A stretch of 63,113 nt of DNA, filler included, from Octopus bimaculoides (taxonomy: Eukaryota): NCBI RefSeq assembly GCF_001194135.2. It is 5 parts of 5 records of this genome, joined end to end, with 100 filler letters (N's around TTAATTAATTAA, not from the genome) between each part and the next. Parts side by side here need not be neighbours in the genome. Positions count along the whole stretch, not along the records: positions 19,548 to 43,765 come from NC_068990.1; positions 43,866 to 52,354 come from NC_068981.1; 3 more parts are not named here. The stretch is one strand, 5' to 3'. Under the pieces are notes generated by a model. The model was not told where the DNA came from. It ran no database searches and worked only from the letters and a program-made list of their open reading frames with translations. Position numbers and translations under genes: made by a program. Shown here piece after piece: positions 38,460 through 51,953 of this stretch; position 1 is the first letter of the stretch, and every line of letters begins with the position of its first letter.

Positions 38460-40130
38460 GTATGTATGTAAATATAAGCGTTTAATTATCCAACTATATG
38501 TATGTGTATATATGTGAGCGCACGTGCGCGAGTATGTCGTTCCTTTAACTTTCAAATAATCTTTTTTCTATTATGGAAACTGGCAATTTTTCTCGGATTT
38601 GCTTTTCTGCAAAAATTTCATTTCAATGCATTTTTTCTTCTCTCAGATATACATTGAAAACGCCTAAGCATACATACATACATATAAAAACAAACACAAA
38701 ACACACACACACATATACACACATAAATATACATACATATGTGTGTGTGTGTGTGTGTGTGTATTTTTTCTATATTATTTCTGCAATTCTAAAATGCTTC
38801 ATTAATGTATCTTTTTATCTATTTAAATGTTGACTCTGTTAACGTAAATATCTGTTTATTTAAAATATTTGATTACTTTTCAGTGTCTATTAGTATTTGT
38901 TCAGCTTTTTCTAGAATTTGAATCTCTCTCTCTCTCTTTCTCCCACACACTCTCTTTGTATATACATGTATATTTGCATACATACGTATATTATTTATAT
39001 TTATATACCTGCATATACTCATATATGTACATAAATATCCGCATATATGTTTATACACATTTATATAAACATACATATACATATATTAATCCATACATGC
39101 ATATAGACATATTTGCATACATCTGTACATTATGTATGTATGTGTGTATGTATGTATGTATGTATATATACATATACACATATATGTTGTTACTCCTTTA
39201 TTATCCCGAGTTTCGCGAATTCTCGCTGATACAGCAACCAAATTATTAGGAAGTGTGTGTAGGCACACTTCCTAATCACACCCACAAACCCACCCACACA
39301 CACATACACACATCTACATGTTATGAAAATAATAAAATCATGCCAAAGATTGGCAGGATGGATAATGAGAGGACTCAGAACAAGGACACACGGGGTTATG
39401 CTTGTTCTCTACAAGACATTAGACCCCCAGAGACCAAAGACAAGGGTGACTCCTTACTCTTAATCATCGTCTTGATTACTGCTCCCTAATATGGTCGCCA
39501 TAACCTGACAAGCTCAGTATTGAACTGTCGGAAATCCAAAATACTACACAAATAAAAGACTTATTTTCTACATAAGAGGCATGTGTGAAGAAGTAGATAA
39601 CGATGTTATTGTACATAATCTTTGAATGAACTTCTATCTCGACAACAGAGACAAATGAAGGCAGCAGCATCAAACGCCCTCATTTCTCGAATACTGAGCG
39701 CAATGCCTCAACAAATATTATGGCAGTGCACAAGAATGGCCTCATACATATGGCTGAAGCCAGAGAATAAAAGAGAATGCACACACACTCTCACACACAA
39801 ATATATTTTTATGTATGTAACGTCAAGCATATATATATATATATATAAAATCATATGTAGTTTACTTCACTATGTCCATATATCGAATTGTATGTTTATT
39901 TATTTATTTCAGTTAGTTATGCTCCAGACATAGATTTATTGAGCACTTTAGATTTCTACTTTTAGATACTTTTATGGCATATTTTGAAATAAAATTACAT
40001 ACGAGTGCTCGCGCACATACACACGTACGCACACACACACATACACGCACACACTCTATACGTACACATTGTGAACGAGAAAGACAAAAAGAGAGGGGGA
40101 AAGAAATATACGAGCATATACATACATACA

Positions 40131-40166
<36 letters not shown>

Positions 40167-40589
40167 TANNNNNNNNNNNNNNNNNNNNNNNNNNNNNNNN
40201 NNNNNNNNNNNNNNNNNNNNNNNNNNNNNNNNNNNNNNNNNNNNNNNNNNNNNNNNNNNNNNNNNNNNNNNNNNNNNNNNNNNNNNNNNNNNNNNNNNNN
40301 NNNNNNNNNNNNNNNNNNNNNNNNNNNNNNNNNNNNNNNNNNNNNNNNNNNNNNNNNNNNNNNNNNNNNNNNNNNNNNNNNNNNNNNNNNNNNNNNNNNN
40401 NNNNNNNNNNNNNNNNNNNNNNNNNNNNNNNNNNNNNNNNNNNNNNNNNNNNNNNNNNNNNNNNNNNNNNNNNNNNNNNNNNNNNNNNNNNNNNNNNNNN
40501 NNNNNNNNNNNNNNNNNNNNNNNNNNNNNNNNNNNNNNNNNNNNNNNNNNNNNNNNNNNNNNNNNNNNNNNNNNNNNNNNNNNNNNNNN

Positions 40590-40632
<43 letters not shown>

Positions 40633-41552
40633 GACACACTTATATTTCCTTCAGCTTTGTTTTGAATCGGTTTTTTTTTTCTTATACTGAAATAGGCAAT
40701 GATTTGCTTTTGTGCAAAAATCAGATTTAAAATGCCATGATTTTTAATTCTAACATACGTAGGCTGAAAACACCCGCAACGCTAAAAATGTAGTTACATA
40801 TAAGTACAAAAATATATATATACTTATTATTATTGCGTTTCTTAATGCAGTTTATAAATGTTTTATCCATTGTTTTCTTTAAGCTATTAACATAAATTCA
40901 AATATTTTATCTTTTATTACTTATCATTATTACTTTAGCATTTTCACTATATATATGTGTGTGTGTGTGTGCACGCGCGCGTGTGGGTATACATGCGTGT
41001 TAATGTATTACATATGTGTGTGTATGTATTCGTCTGTCAGCGTGCATATGTGTATGTATTTGTATTGCTTGCGCATAACTTTAGGTGTCTGTCTTTCGGT
41101 TTGTTTTTTATGTCGTTCATCTGTAATTTTTAGAAATTTCTGAATACTAAAATTTTCATTTGTTTACTTTTTAACTTTGCCCTGTGATTTTTCAGTTTTC
41201 AATATCAATTTTTAATTGAGCACCAGACTTTACATATATACAGATACACCCACTCACACACACACACGCGCACACACGTACGCGCGCGCGCGCAACTACA
41301 TACACACACACTACAAATATATATTTACATTTGTTTATAAATATATATATATATATATATATANNNNNNNNNNNNNNNNNNNNNNNNNNNNNNNNNNNNN
41401 NNNNNNNNNNNNNNNNNNNNNNNNNNNNNNNNNNNNNNNNNNNNNNNNNNNNNNNNNNNNNNNNNNNNNNNNNNNNNNNNNNNNNNNNNNNNNNNNNNNN
41501 NNNNNNNNNNNNNNNNNNNNNNNNNNNNNNNNNNNNNNNNNNNNNNNNNNNN

Positions 41553-41655
41553 AAGTGGCTGAGCACTCCACAGACACGTGTATCCTTAACGTAGTTCTCT
41601 GGGAGGTTCAGCATGACACAGAGTGTGACAAGTCTGGCCCTTTGAAATACGTGTG
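41553..41655 (-). mobile_element. Fragment of SINE family D, next to a gap
   Basis: aagtggctgagcactccacagacacgtg...tgtgacaag matches 54690-54780. Confidence 0.8.
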
Positions 41656-41779
41656 TATGTGTGTGTGTGCGTGCGTGTGTGCATGTATGTACGTACGTAT
41701 GTATGTACGTACGTATGTATGTATGTATGTATGTATGTATGTATGTATATATGTATGTCTTACGCGTGACACTTTTAAT

Positions 41780-42100
41780 CTACGATTTGTCAGCACAATT
41801 ATACTTTCCGAAAAGATTGCCACTCGAAATGACACAGCGTTATCAAACTCTATCTGGAATCTGAAACTATTCATGTAAGACACCATCTGGGACTGAACAA
41901 GATATCAAAACGTCTCCTTTTTCAAGAAACAGCATACTACTCGGCCTATCTTCAGCTGAGCGTGATAAAGTCTCAGTTTCCTTTCCACTCAACAAACATT
42001 CCAAGAAAACCTCGTCACACATACATTAAACTAATAAATCTTAACATAATCATAAACGAAGTCATCAACACTTCTGGGGATTAACTAAATGACTATAATT
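41780..42100 (+). mobile_element. Degenerate Penelope-like GIY-YIG endonuclease C-terminus
   Basis: NDTALSNSIWNLK...I.W....LSSAERDK...LNKHSK resembles the TALSKYIW.LK...L.EK...LNKRSE pattern of Penelope elements. Confidence 0.45.
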
Positions 42101-42454
42101 TATCTCCACAGCTCACTTAGCGTGATATACGAAATCTAAATGTTTTAGCTTTTCCTATATTTCCGACCTATTTGATATATTTAACATGTACAATTGTACG
42201 TATAATAAGCACTGTTGTGTTCTGAGATGTGGTTTCTTAAATTTACATCCAGACATCTTCATGCATACGGCTGAGCTTGCGATAGTTGGGATATGCACGG
42301 AATTTACTTGCGTGTATCTGATTAGTCTTTCAGGCTAGCATGTCATATAACTCTCATTTGAATCTCGTTTCCCATATCATGTACATATATTCTCTGTTAA
42401 TTATTCTCTGTTACATACGTCGAAATATTTATGCATATTCTTTTGTTCTTTTGT

Positions 42455-42667
42455 TCTTTTACTTGTTTCCGTCATTTGACTGCGGCCATGCTGGAGCACC
42501 ACCATTTTAGTCGAACAAATCGACCCCAGGATTTATTCTTTGTAAGCCTAGTACTTATTCTATCGGCCGCTTTTGCCGAACCACTAAGATGCGGGGACGT
42601 AAACACACCAGCATCGGTTGTCAAGCGATGCTGGGGGGACACACACATTCACACAAACACATTCACA

Positions 42668-42715
<48 letters not shown>
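42455..42715 (-). mobile_element. SINE module C plus (CA)n; the B head probably lies in the gap
   Basis: cttttacttgtttccgtcatttgactgcggccatgctggagcacc...tcaagcgatgctggggggac. Confidence 0.85.
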
Positions 42716-43765
42716 NNNNNNNNNNNNNNNNNNNNNNNNNNNNNNNNNNNNNNNNNNNNNNNNNNNNNNNNNNNNNNNNNNNNNNNNNNNNNNNNNNNNN
42801 NNNNNNNNNNNNNNNNNNNNNNNNNNNNNNNNNNNNNNNNNNNNNNNNNNNNNNNNNNNNNNNNNNNNNNNNNNNNNNNNNNNNNNNNNNNNNNNNNNNN
42901 NNNNNNNNNNNNNNNNNNNNNNNNNNNNNNNNNNNNNNNNNNNNNNNNNNNNNNNNNNNNNNNNNNNNNNNNNNNNNNNNNNNNNNNNNNNNNNNNNNNN
43001 NNNNNNNNNNNNNNNNNNNNNNNNNNNNNNNNNNNNNNNNNNNNNNNNNNNNNNNNNNNNNNNNNNNNNNNNNNNNNNNNNNNNNNNNNNNNNNNNNNNN
43101 NNNNNNNNNNNNNNNNNNNNNNNNNNNNNNNNNNNNNNNNNNNNNNNNNNNNNNNNNNNNNNNNNNNNNNNNNNNNNNNNNNNNNNNNNNNNNNNNNNNN
43201 NNNNNNNNNNNNNNNNNNNNNNNNNNNNNNNNNNNNNNNNNNNNNNNNNNNNNNNNNNNNNNNNNNNNNNNNNNNNNNNNNNNNNNNNNNNNNNNNNNNN
43301 NNNNNNNNNNCTTCCTCTGTTCTTTCTCTTCGAATTCTGCTTATTCCTTTTCGCTCCATACAAACGCTGTGCTTCTTCTTTGGTTTCCCTCCAACCTTCT
43401 TTCCCTTCCATTTTCCCCTTTCTTCTTTTTATCCTTCCTTCGATTTCATATTTCCTCATATTCTAGCCTCAAACAGATTTAATTTACTAAGTAGCAAACT
43501 AGTCGAACATAACATTATTTAATTATCTGTACGTCCTAAATTATTTAGTGCTCTACTTAATACGCAAAAGACTACGTCTTATGTAAAGCAACCGAATATA
43601 TATATATATATCAAATGGATGTCTTATAAAACTTATAATTCCGCGCATACGATCTGGCGGTGTCAACTGCACGAAAATATGTGTTTTTTGGGAACAAATA
43701 TATACATATGTATATATGTATGTATACATACATACATACAATATATATATATATATATATATATA

Positions 43766-43865
43766 NNNNNNNNNNNNNNNNNNNNNNNNNNNNNNNNNNN
43801 NNNNNNNNNTTAATTAATTAANNNNNNNNNNNNNNNNNNNNNNNNNNNNNNNNNNNNNNNNNNNN
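43766..43865. other. Artificial scaffold-joining linker
   Basis: N44-TTAATTAATTAA-N44. Confidence 0.95.
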
Positions 43866-43957
<92 letters not shown>

Positions 43958-44060
43958 GAAAGGATTGAGGTAAATCCTCCTGAAGATATACAGTCAAAAT
44001 TAAAAGAGTGCCATTATTATCTAGTGAAAGATAACAATGGCACTCTTTTAATTTTGACTC

Positions 44061-44114
<54 letters not shown>

Positions 44115-44127
44115 TAATAATAATAAT

Positions 44128-44174
<47 letters not shown>

Positions 44175-44190
44175 TAATAATAATAATTAT

Positions 44191-44222
<32 letters not shown>
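43866..44222. repeat. Two long (TAA)n arrays separated by a roughly 100-bp spacer
   Basis: Direct reading. Confidence 0.95.
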
Positions 44223-44223
<1 letters not shown>

Positions 44224-44224
44224 T

Positions 44225-44410
44225 AATTGTAACATTGGCACAAGGCCTAAAAATTGTAGGTGGGAAGTAGCCAATGTTATTGACTTACATACTTGACTGG
44301 TAATTATTTCATCGATCCCAGAAAATTAAAAGGAAACTCTACCTCAGCAGAATCTGAACTCAGAACATAAGGTGTCGGAATAAATGCATCGAGATATTTT
44401 ATCCAACACT
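44225..44410 (-). mobile_element. Diverged SINE A
   Basis: ggcacaaggcct...tctgaactcagaacata landmarks, next to (TAA)n. Confidence 0.7.
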
Positions 44411-44700
44411 TTACAATTTATAAGATTGGATTGTTGTAAAAGATATTCCCTGCATTACAATCACCATCACCACCACCACCACCATCATCCTCATCATCAT
44501 CATCAGAAAACTACCAGCACTAGCTTTAGAGCATACCACCACCATCATCACTATGTATATATAACTAAACAACCCCAATACAACCAGTACTATCACAACC
44601 CTCACTCTAACAATCACCAATATACCATGCAGTCACTCACCAGCATTGACACCAATTAGTACCACCATCATTACCACAACCACCGTTACCAACGTAGACA

Positions 44701-45350
44701 CAGGATGTTCGGGCTAAATTTGACAATTCTTTGGATCTCTTTTTGAGGAACAGCTTGATGTATTATTGGTAAGCAATCAATGGTGCTGGAGAGCAATCGA
44801 GGTTGTAGTTGTGTAAAAGTTAGATGATATTGAGGACTTGAAGCCATCTGAACACTGGGAATGAGTTGCTTGCGACATGATGATAGTCGCCAGTTATCAA
44901 AATGCTGACATCGTGACTCCTACTCAATGCTCTGTGAACACTGTGGAGGCTGTAAGATATAACATACATGGACATCAGGAAAACTAAAGTCCCGAACTGT
45001 GAGGGTCTTTTGCTGGGCCTTCAGTGGGGATGATGTCAGGCCACTCCTCATTTTTGAACAGGGTTTCAAGCTCAGTTCAGACAGACATGCGAAACTGCTA
45101 GAGACTATGGCCAATCCCTGGACGGAGAGGGCTGTTGCCAGAAGGCCATATGTATGACAGCAGGATTCGGCTCCTTGCCATACTTCTAGAAAGCATCAGA
45201 AGTGATTGCCGGAAAATTTCTACAACCTCACCAGCTAATCTCATAGATTACTATTTGTGGGTCGCTTTTGAGAAAGGCACCAATCGCTCTGTTTGCAACA
45301 CCAAGGCCAAGCTAAGGGCGGCTACTTTGAGTAAACTGTTATCTCGAAGC
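44701..45350 (+). mobile_element. Decayed maT/DD37D-like Tc1-mariner element
   Basis: The terminus CAGGATGTTCGGGCTAAATTT is shared with the 62481 copy. Frames give PWTERAVARRPYV*QQDSAPCHTS and DYYLWVAFEKGTNRSVCNTK. Confidence 0.75.
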
Positions 45351-45597
45351 CATAATTAAGTTGATATTTATTGTTTTAAAAAAAGAACTTTCATTTTTGA
45401 ATGGGTTAGTGTGTGTGTGTGTGTGCGCGCGCGCGCGTACGTGCACGCACGAGCATGTATGTTTGTGTTTTCATGTTTAGTTCTATACTGTATAGCGACC
45501 ACCCAGACTATTACCAATGTGTCATATACTCAATGACAAGATTATTACCATAACCACCAACCAACATCAACACCAAATCCACAACGACCATCAAAAG

Positions 45598-45654
<57 letters not shown>

Positions 45655-45935
45655 TACTGCCATTAAGAACATCATCTCTTTGCTATCACTATCACCATCA
45701 CCATCACCTACATCTCCGTACCCATCATCGCGACACCATATTGCTAGTCCAGCATCGTTTGTCCAACAATTACTCTCTTGTTCTGTCGCCCATCCATCGT
45801 GTTTTCTAAGGGGCCAGCTTTGTCGCTTATAGTTTAGTTGCGTTAATGTTTTCTCAATTGAAGTATCTTGCCTCTCGATCATGCTATTGTGTTCCGGCTA
45901 CTCTTTATTATTATTACTTTTGTTCTTGTTTTACT

Positions 45936-45979
<44 letters not shown>

Positions 45980-46186
45980 TGTTGTTGTTCTTGATATTGC
46001 TGGTGTTGTTACAGCGGCTGCTGTTGCATGGAGGTCATTGTGATCTTGTTTGAATATCGACTGATCAAGAGATAGAAAATTAAAATGTCTGTAAGAAAGA
46101 GGCAGAGGAAAAAGTGGGTGTTGTGCACAGGATACGTGACATAAATACGAAACAACATACTCTCTGTATACGGAGTTTTAAATGTA

Positions 46187-47106
46187 TATTGGGTCATCTC
46201 ATAGATAATGTGGTTTTTTTTATACTCATTTGATTTTTCAAAATCAAAATATGCAAAATTCTTTTTTAATCTAAAATATACTCTCCTTCATTTTCTACAA
46301 TGCTCTTCCATCTATCTGTTAGACTTGTAAGACTCCTCTTCCAAACTTCACTTGTCCGTGACAAAAAATACTCCTCCAGTACTGTTCTGACCTCGTCTAC
46401 AGAATTCATATTTTTTCTGTCTAAATGATTCTGAAGAATGCGGAATAAATGATAATCAGATGAGGTAATTCTGGAGAATATGATGGGTGAGGCACCGTTT
46501 CCCATTCAAACTGCTCCAGCCTTTGGAATGTCATCTCCGTTATATGTGACCGAGCATTATCCTGATGGAAGAACACCTTTTGTCTTGAAACCAAAGATGG
46601 TCGTTTTTCTTCTAGCGCTGGCGTCGATGAATGATTGAATGGCCAAATCCAAGCTTCTTTGCTAGTTCCTCAACAATTACGATGGGATTTTGTTCCACCA
46701 GGGTTTGCACGTTCAGCTCTACAGATCTTCCAGGATGAGGCCCGTCTTCTAGGCTGTAGTTTCCGGCTCCGAATTTCTGGAACCACCGTTAACATTGGCT
46801 TACGCTTATTGTCCGATCCCCATATACTTCATTAATATTCCTCGCACTTTCCGTTGCGTTGTTGCTTTTATTGAACTCATAAAGCAAAATATGCGGAATA
46901 TGCTTCTTTGTCACCTCCATTATAGCTTTAAAAAAAATAACTGTTAAAATCAAACTGCACTTTTCAAAACTTGCGCTAAGAATAAAGACAAGGTAAAATT
47001 ACCACCTGTTTTTATAACAAGTTGATGCAGGTAGTTTACCCCGTTCTTCTCTGTCATTTAGTTGATGCAATTGAAAAAACCGCATTATTTATGAGATGAC
47101 CCAATA
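46187..47106 (-). mobile_element. Complete-ended 920-bp mariner deletion derivative with TIRs and TA target-site duplication
   Basis: TIRs tattgggtcatctcatagataatgtggttttt and aaaaaccgcattatttatgagatgacccaata, with TA at 46185-46186 and 47107-47108. The ATG at 46920 starts MEVTKKHIPHILLYEF. The C-terminal part reads HQDNARSH...SDYHLFR...GEYILD* (ends 46266). The central region is missing, with the junction at about 46622. Confidence 0.92.
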
Positions 47107-47559
47107 TATCCGTATGAGACTTTAATTTTTGTGATCGCGAAGTCTGAAGTTGTGGACGAAAATTTTTTTTAAATATCTTTGAACGAATGTCTTTTGATAT
47201 CTGTACACATGTACAGAAGCGTCACAAGAAAACGTCTCCGATCTATGAAGGTATTGGCATTTTATGCATTGGTTTTTCTTTTTTTATGGGATATCTTGGC
47301 TTTTTCCAGTCCATTCCATATTTAGTATTTACGTGTCTTTGTCTGAAATATTTTTTATTTACTTTGAATATTTTGTTTGGCACTAAAGAAAATATTTAAA
47401 TATTTAAATTTGCCCCATATTTAAATAAATTAGGATGTGCTCTGCGGAACACATTTTTTTAATATATTTAGATATTGAAATTTTACATGTACTTTCAATA
47501 TATTTAGATGGTTATTTCTACCTTTAATTTGGCTGGGATGGGACAGATTTTAGAATTAG

Positions 47560-48240
47560 GTTCAGATGAAATCCGAGACACTAGACCAAACCCATAACGT
47601 AATGGAAATCCCCGAAAGCTAATAAGTGAAGGTGGTAGTAAAGGGCCTTGTTACTACAAATGTAGAACCACTAACAACCTCAATGATTTCTTGCCCATCA
47701 ACAACAACAACAGAAAATAACAATTACTGCCAGCTGCATCACCAACAACAACAACCACAACAAGTATAGACAAGAACTATATGCAACCGCAGCAACAGTG
47801 ATTGCAGCACCGACTACATTGAAGTAACTCTAACAACAAGAACAGCAACAACACCAAAATTGGGTTTCGACGAGAATCAACTGGGTCGTCTATTCTGGAG
47901 GATTTTCAGGCCGGTACCTGGCAATAATTCCCAGAAATCTCTAGCTTGGCACTGCCACTGGGATAAGAGAAGAAATGCCGGTTCCAGATAAATTCTACAA
48001 GCATTGGAGGGCTGTCTGCGAAGCCTACCTAAGATTCGTGAAGGACGACGAAAGCATTATAGACTTTAGGTGTGTCAAACACATAGAGGCGGAAGGAGCT
48101 GAGTGAATTGGAAAGATCTTCCCGCCGCCGTGTTTTGACCGGCAAGGACAGGCAGCGTTTTTCTGTCGGTTGGCCTAAGGGAAAGAGGTTCTGTGGTGGA
48201 CCAAGTAGAAAGACAAGCACCTTCCTCTTTGGCCTGGCCC
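47560..48240 (+). mobile_element. Possible degenerate L1/Tx1-like LINE (ORF1 end and ORF2 start)
   Basis: A knuckle-like CYYKCRTT is followed by a Gln/Thr-rich low-complexity tract and a more GC-rich disrupted frame. The similarity is weak and judged by eye. Confidence 0.25.
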
Positions 48241-48438
48241 TTTTCAAGTTTTCAAGTTTTCCTTGAAAATGAAAGTGAGGATGGAGAGATTAAGTTCTGT
48301 CTTCCAGCAAATTTGTTGAAAGGTACATGAAGCATGGCAAGAGTATTCAGAGTAGGCGAGCCTACTCTGAGCAAGTGTTTATAGATTGGGGGAGAAAGAG
48401 AGCAAAAAGCCACTTACCTTGATGATCATTTTAACCAT

Positions 48439-49100
48439 GAGAAGTGCAGAATCTGTGGACAAAATGGTGAAACCGTATGGCATACTACCAGCCAATGTAC
48501 GCCACTAGCCCAGAAGGAATATAAGAGACGCCACGACAATATAGCAAGGCTTGTCCATTGGACACTTTACAACAAGTATGGACTTGACACAGAAAAAATT
48601 GGTACGACCACAAGCCTGAAGGCATCCTCGAAAATGATAATGCAAAGATCCTATGGGATTTTATGATTCAGTACGACCATGAGATTGAGAATAGGAAGCC
48701 AGACATAGTCTTAATTGAGAAAGAAAGCAAACTATGCTGGATCATAAATATAGCATGCTCTGCTGACAACAAGGTATGAGATAAGGAAGAAAGAAAAGTC
48801 GATAGATATGACAGTTTAGCTTGGGAGGTTATGCAGTTATGGTTGATGAAAAAGGTGCTAGTAGTACCAATAATTGTCAAGCCCTTGGAACAGTGAGTAA
48901 AAATCTTGAGAAGTACATGGAACAAATAGGGGCTGCAATAAAGGTGGAACACTTACTGAAAACAGTACTGCTTGGAACCGCTCGAATACTCCGGAAGGTG
49001 CTCGAAAAATTAGAGGTGTTACCTTAGTTCATTGGTAATGAACAGCTGACACCATAGTACATCACCAGCGTTAGAAGCTGTGCAAAGCGAATAATGATAA
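48439..49100 (+). mobile_element. R4/Dong-like LINE 3' portion: CCHC knuckle, REL endonuclease, 3' UTR and (TAA)n
   Basis: EKCRICGQNGETVWHTTSQC (CCHC)...RHDNIARLVHW...KILWDFMIQ...RKPDIVLIEK...LLGTARILRKVL. It contains stops and frameshifts. Confidence 0.93.
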
Positions 49101-49108
49101 TAATAATA

Positions 49109-49165
<57 letters not shown>

Positions 49166-49385
49166 GGCGGTCAGTGGCAGAATCGTTAGCACGGCAGGCA
49201 AAATGCTTAGCAGCATTTCGTCCCTCTTTACGTTCTGACTTCAAATTCCACCGAGGTCAACTTTGCCTTTCATCCTCTCGGGTCAATAAATTAAGTACCA
49301 GTGAAACACTGAGGTCGATGTAACTGACTAGTCCTCTCCCCATAAAATTTCAAGCCTTGTGCTTTCAGCAGAAAGGATTATTATT
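49166..49385 (+). mobile_element. Full-length SINE A
   Basis: ggcggtcagtggcagaatcgttagc...gacttcaaattcc...gcagaaaggattattatt. Confidence 0.88.
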
Positions 49386-50753
49386 GGCGTCGTTGTTATT
49401 GATATTATTTTCCTGCTGCTTTTATTGTTAATATTACTACTATTATAGTTTCTGCAATCAAATGTAATAGATTGAAATAAAAATTAACCAGATCAAAAGT
49501 AGAATAAATAGAGCGTACGTTGGAAGGGATGGTAAGAGGCGGATTTACAAATGGAAAAAAAATGAAGTACGTTAAAGAGAAGCAAGAACAGACAAACAAA
49601 AAGAATGCTTTACTGAAAGCAATATGGCATCCGTAATATTGAATGGCGGGTGTGGGAAGAGTGGGAGGAAGAGGAGGAGAGAAATGTGAAGAATCTTTTC
49701 TTGTGTCTTATCAACCAGCAGGGAAGCTGTGTACAATGACTTGAAATCGAAAAGTAACAAGAGGCTTTCTCTTACATGCCCCATCATCGCTCCATTCACT
49801 ATACCGCCTACCCACTAATACCTACCCAACCCTCCTTATATCTAACCGTCCTTACCCAACGACCCTTCCGTTCGGTTTTTTTCTTTTTTTCTCTCTCACT
49901 GACTCCCTACCCGGTCACCCGCCTCCGCCTTCCCCTCACCCACCACTGCTTGTTCAGTCTCATCTACACCAACACTCCCACAGCGTTCACTGTTGTCCTT
50001 ACCTCCTCACGTCGTTGTTCTACCTTCCTCCACGCCGCTCCCTCACCTGGCTTGACTGATATGAGGTCTATTGCCTACTACCTACCGCTGCCCTTCCTTT
50101 CGGTTGATGTCCATCCAGAAGGCCTCTGGCTATATTTTTAGTCGTTTGTCGATGCCTGTGCGATGTGAATGTCGAACGTGCTTGCGCACGCGACTGTCCG
50201 TACGTGTACATGTGTGTGTATGAGCTTAAGAGAGAGAAAAGTAAGGTTGCCTCCCAACGTTTGTGTCATAGAGACAGAACGACAGGACCTGAACATGCGT
50301 GTGTGTGAGACTGTATATGTGCGAGACACTCTGTTTGGAGAGCTGATCCAGTATTTTCCTTTGACACTCCTTTAACAACAGACTAGCCATGGAATGACAT
50401 CCACGTGGTCTCTATAATCTCAATCGAAAATAACAAAACCTAAACAGTTTACGTGGAAATAATGAAACACATTGAAGCACGAACATATTGGAACCACTCC
50501 AACTGCTATACTACATTCTAGTATGTGTCTATACCATTCTTACATTGCACTATACTACCTTATAATATATTATTACACCAGAGAAACAAAACATTGTCTG
50601 GGCACTGTCACAACGTAATAAGCCATAAACACACGCACAAAGTTTTGTTGCATATATGCATGTATATTTCTGAATCTATCTATCTGACTATCTATCGACC
50701 AATACGCACACACATCTACGTATTATATACATACATATATATATATATATATA

Positions 50754-50813
<60 letters not shown>

Positions 50814-51320
50814 TGTGTGTGTATGTATGCATGTATATGTAATACACGAGTGTACACACACGCACACACACACACACACACATATATATATCCCGGAGAC
50901 CATCGTCAGGACCACTCTTTAACGGCGAAATTTTCTCATCTATTTGTAGACAAGGGAGGTTACATGAAAAACTGCTAGAAGGGCCATTGCGGGTTGAAGA
51001 GCGTCGCCGTCATTCGCCTCTGGGCGGGTGGTGGTCAACTCCAAACCATGACAAGGCGTTGGCATTCAGGTCCTACTTCTTTTACTTCACTGAAATAAAA
51101 GAAAAGGGAAAAAGAGAAAGAAATACACGGCAGAACAAGAAATACCTCTTGACCTTATTTGACCTTCAAAGAGAATTCGCAGAAATCACAGCTTCGTTTC
51201 TGCTTTCTTTCTTCTCTTACTCCGCCTTATGATGTTAATGCTTTTTTTTTGTTTGTTATTTTTTGTTAGTTCATGATACATTATTGTTGTTGTTGTAGTT
51301 GCTATTATTATTATTATTGC

Positions 51321-51378
<58 letters not shown>

Positions 51379-51921
51379 ATTTTTGTTATTTTTTTTTTTG
51401 TTCCTGCTTTATTTTATCTTTTCTTTTCAATATATAGTTAGCTTATGTCCATTTATTACAGATGAGTGACATCAACTGTCTATAGCGCCACCTGGGATAT
51501 TGCTTCGGTTGTTGAAGTTAAAGAGGATATAAGGACTATTGGCGGATGTGATGATAGTCATAGTTGTAATGGTTATGTATTTATTCTGTATCATGGCAAT
51601 GGGTAGCAGAATCGGGTAGGTTTTATATAAAAACGGCATGTGGTGTTTTGTGACATCTCTTCGTTCAAATTTCGAATTCTGCTGATCGGTATCAATCTGT
51701 GGAATCTATATGTAGAATCGATATAGTTTTAATATATAATATATGTAGGTATATATACATGATATAATGTGTATATGTGGAGTCGATTTTTTTCGCCTAA
51801 CAGCCTTTAAAGTGGTGCTGCAGTATAGCCGCAGTCAAATGACTGAAACAAGTAAAAGAATAAAAGAATATGTGTGTGTATGTGTATGTGTGTGTGTGTG
51901 TGAGTGTGTGTACATAACATA

Positions 51922-51953
<32 letters not shown>

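Noticed and set aside
50893-50912. Minus-strand CTGACGA followed by a small hairpin, as a third hammerhead
   Set aside because: No GAAA or stem III follows; the sequence runs into (TA)n.
51540-51620. Hydrophobic frame LADVMIVIVVMVMYLFCIM resembling TM6
   Set aside because: It is bounded by stops, lacks CWxP, and derives from degenerate (GAT/GTT)n sequence.
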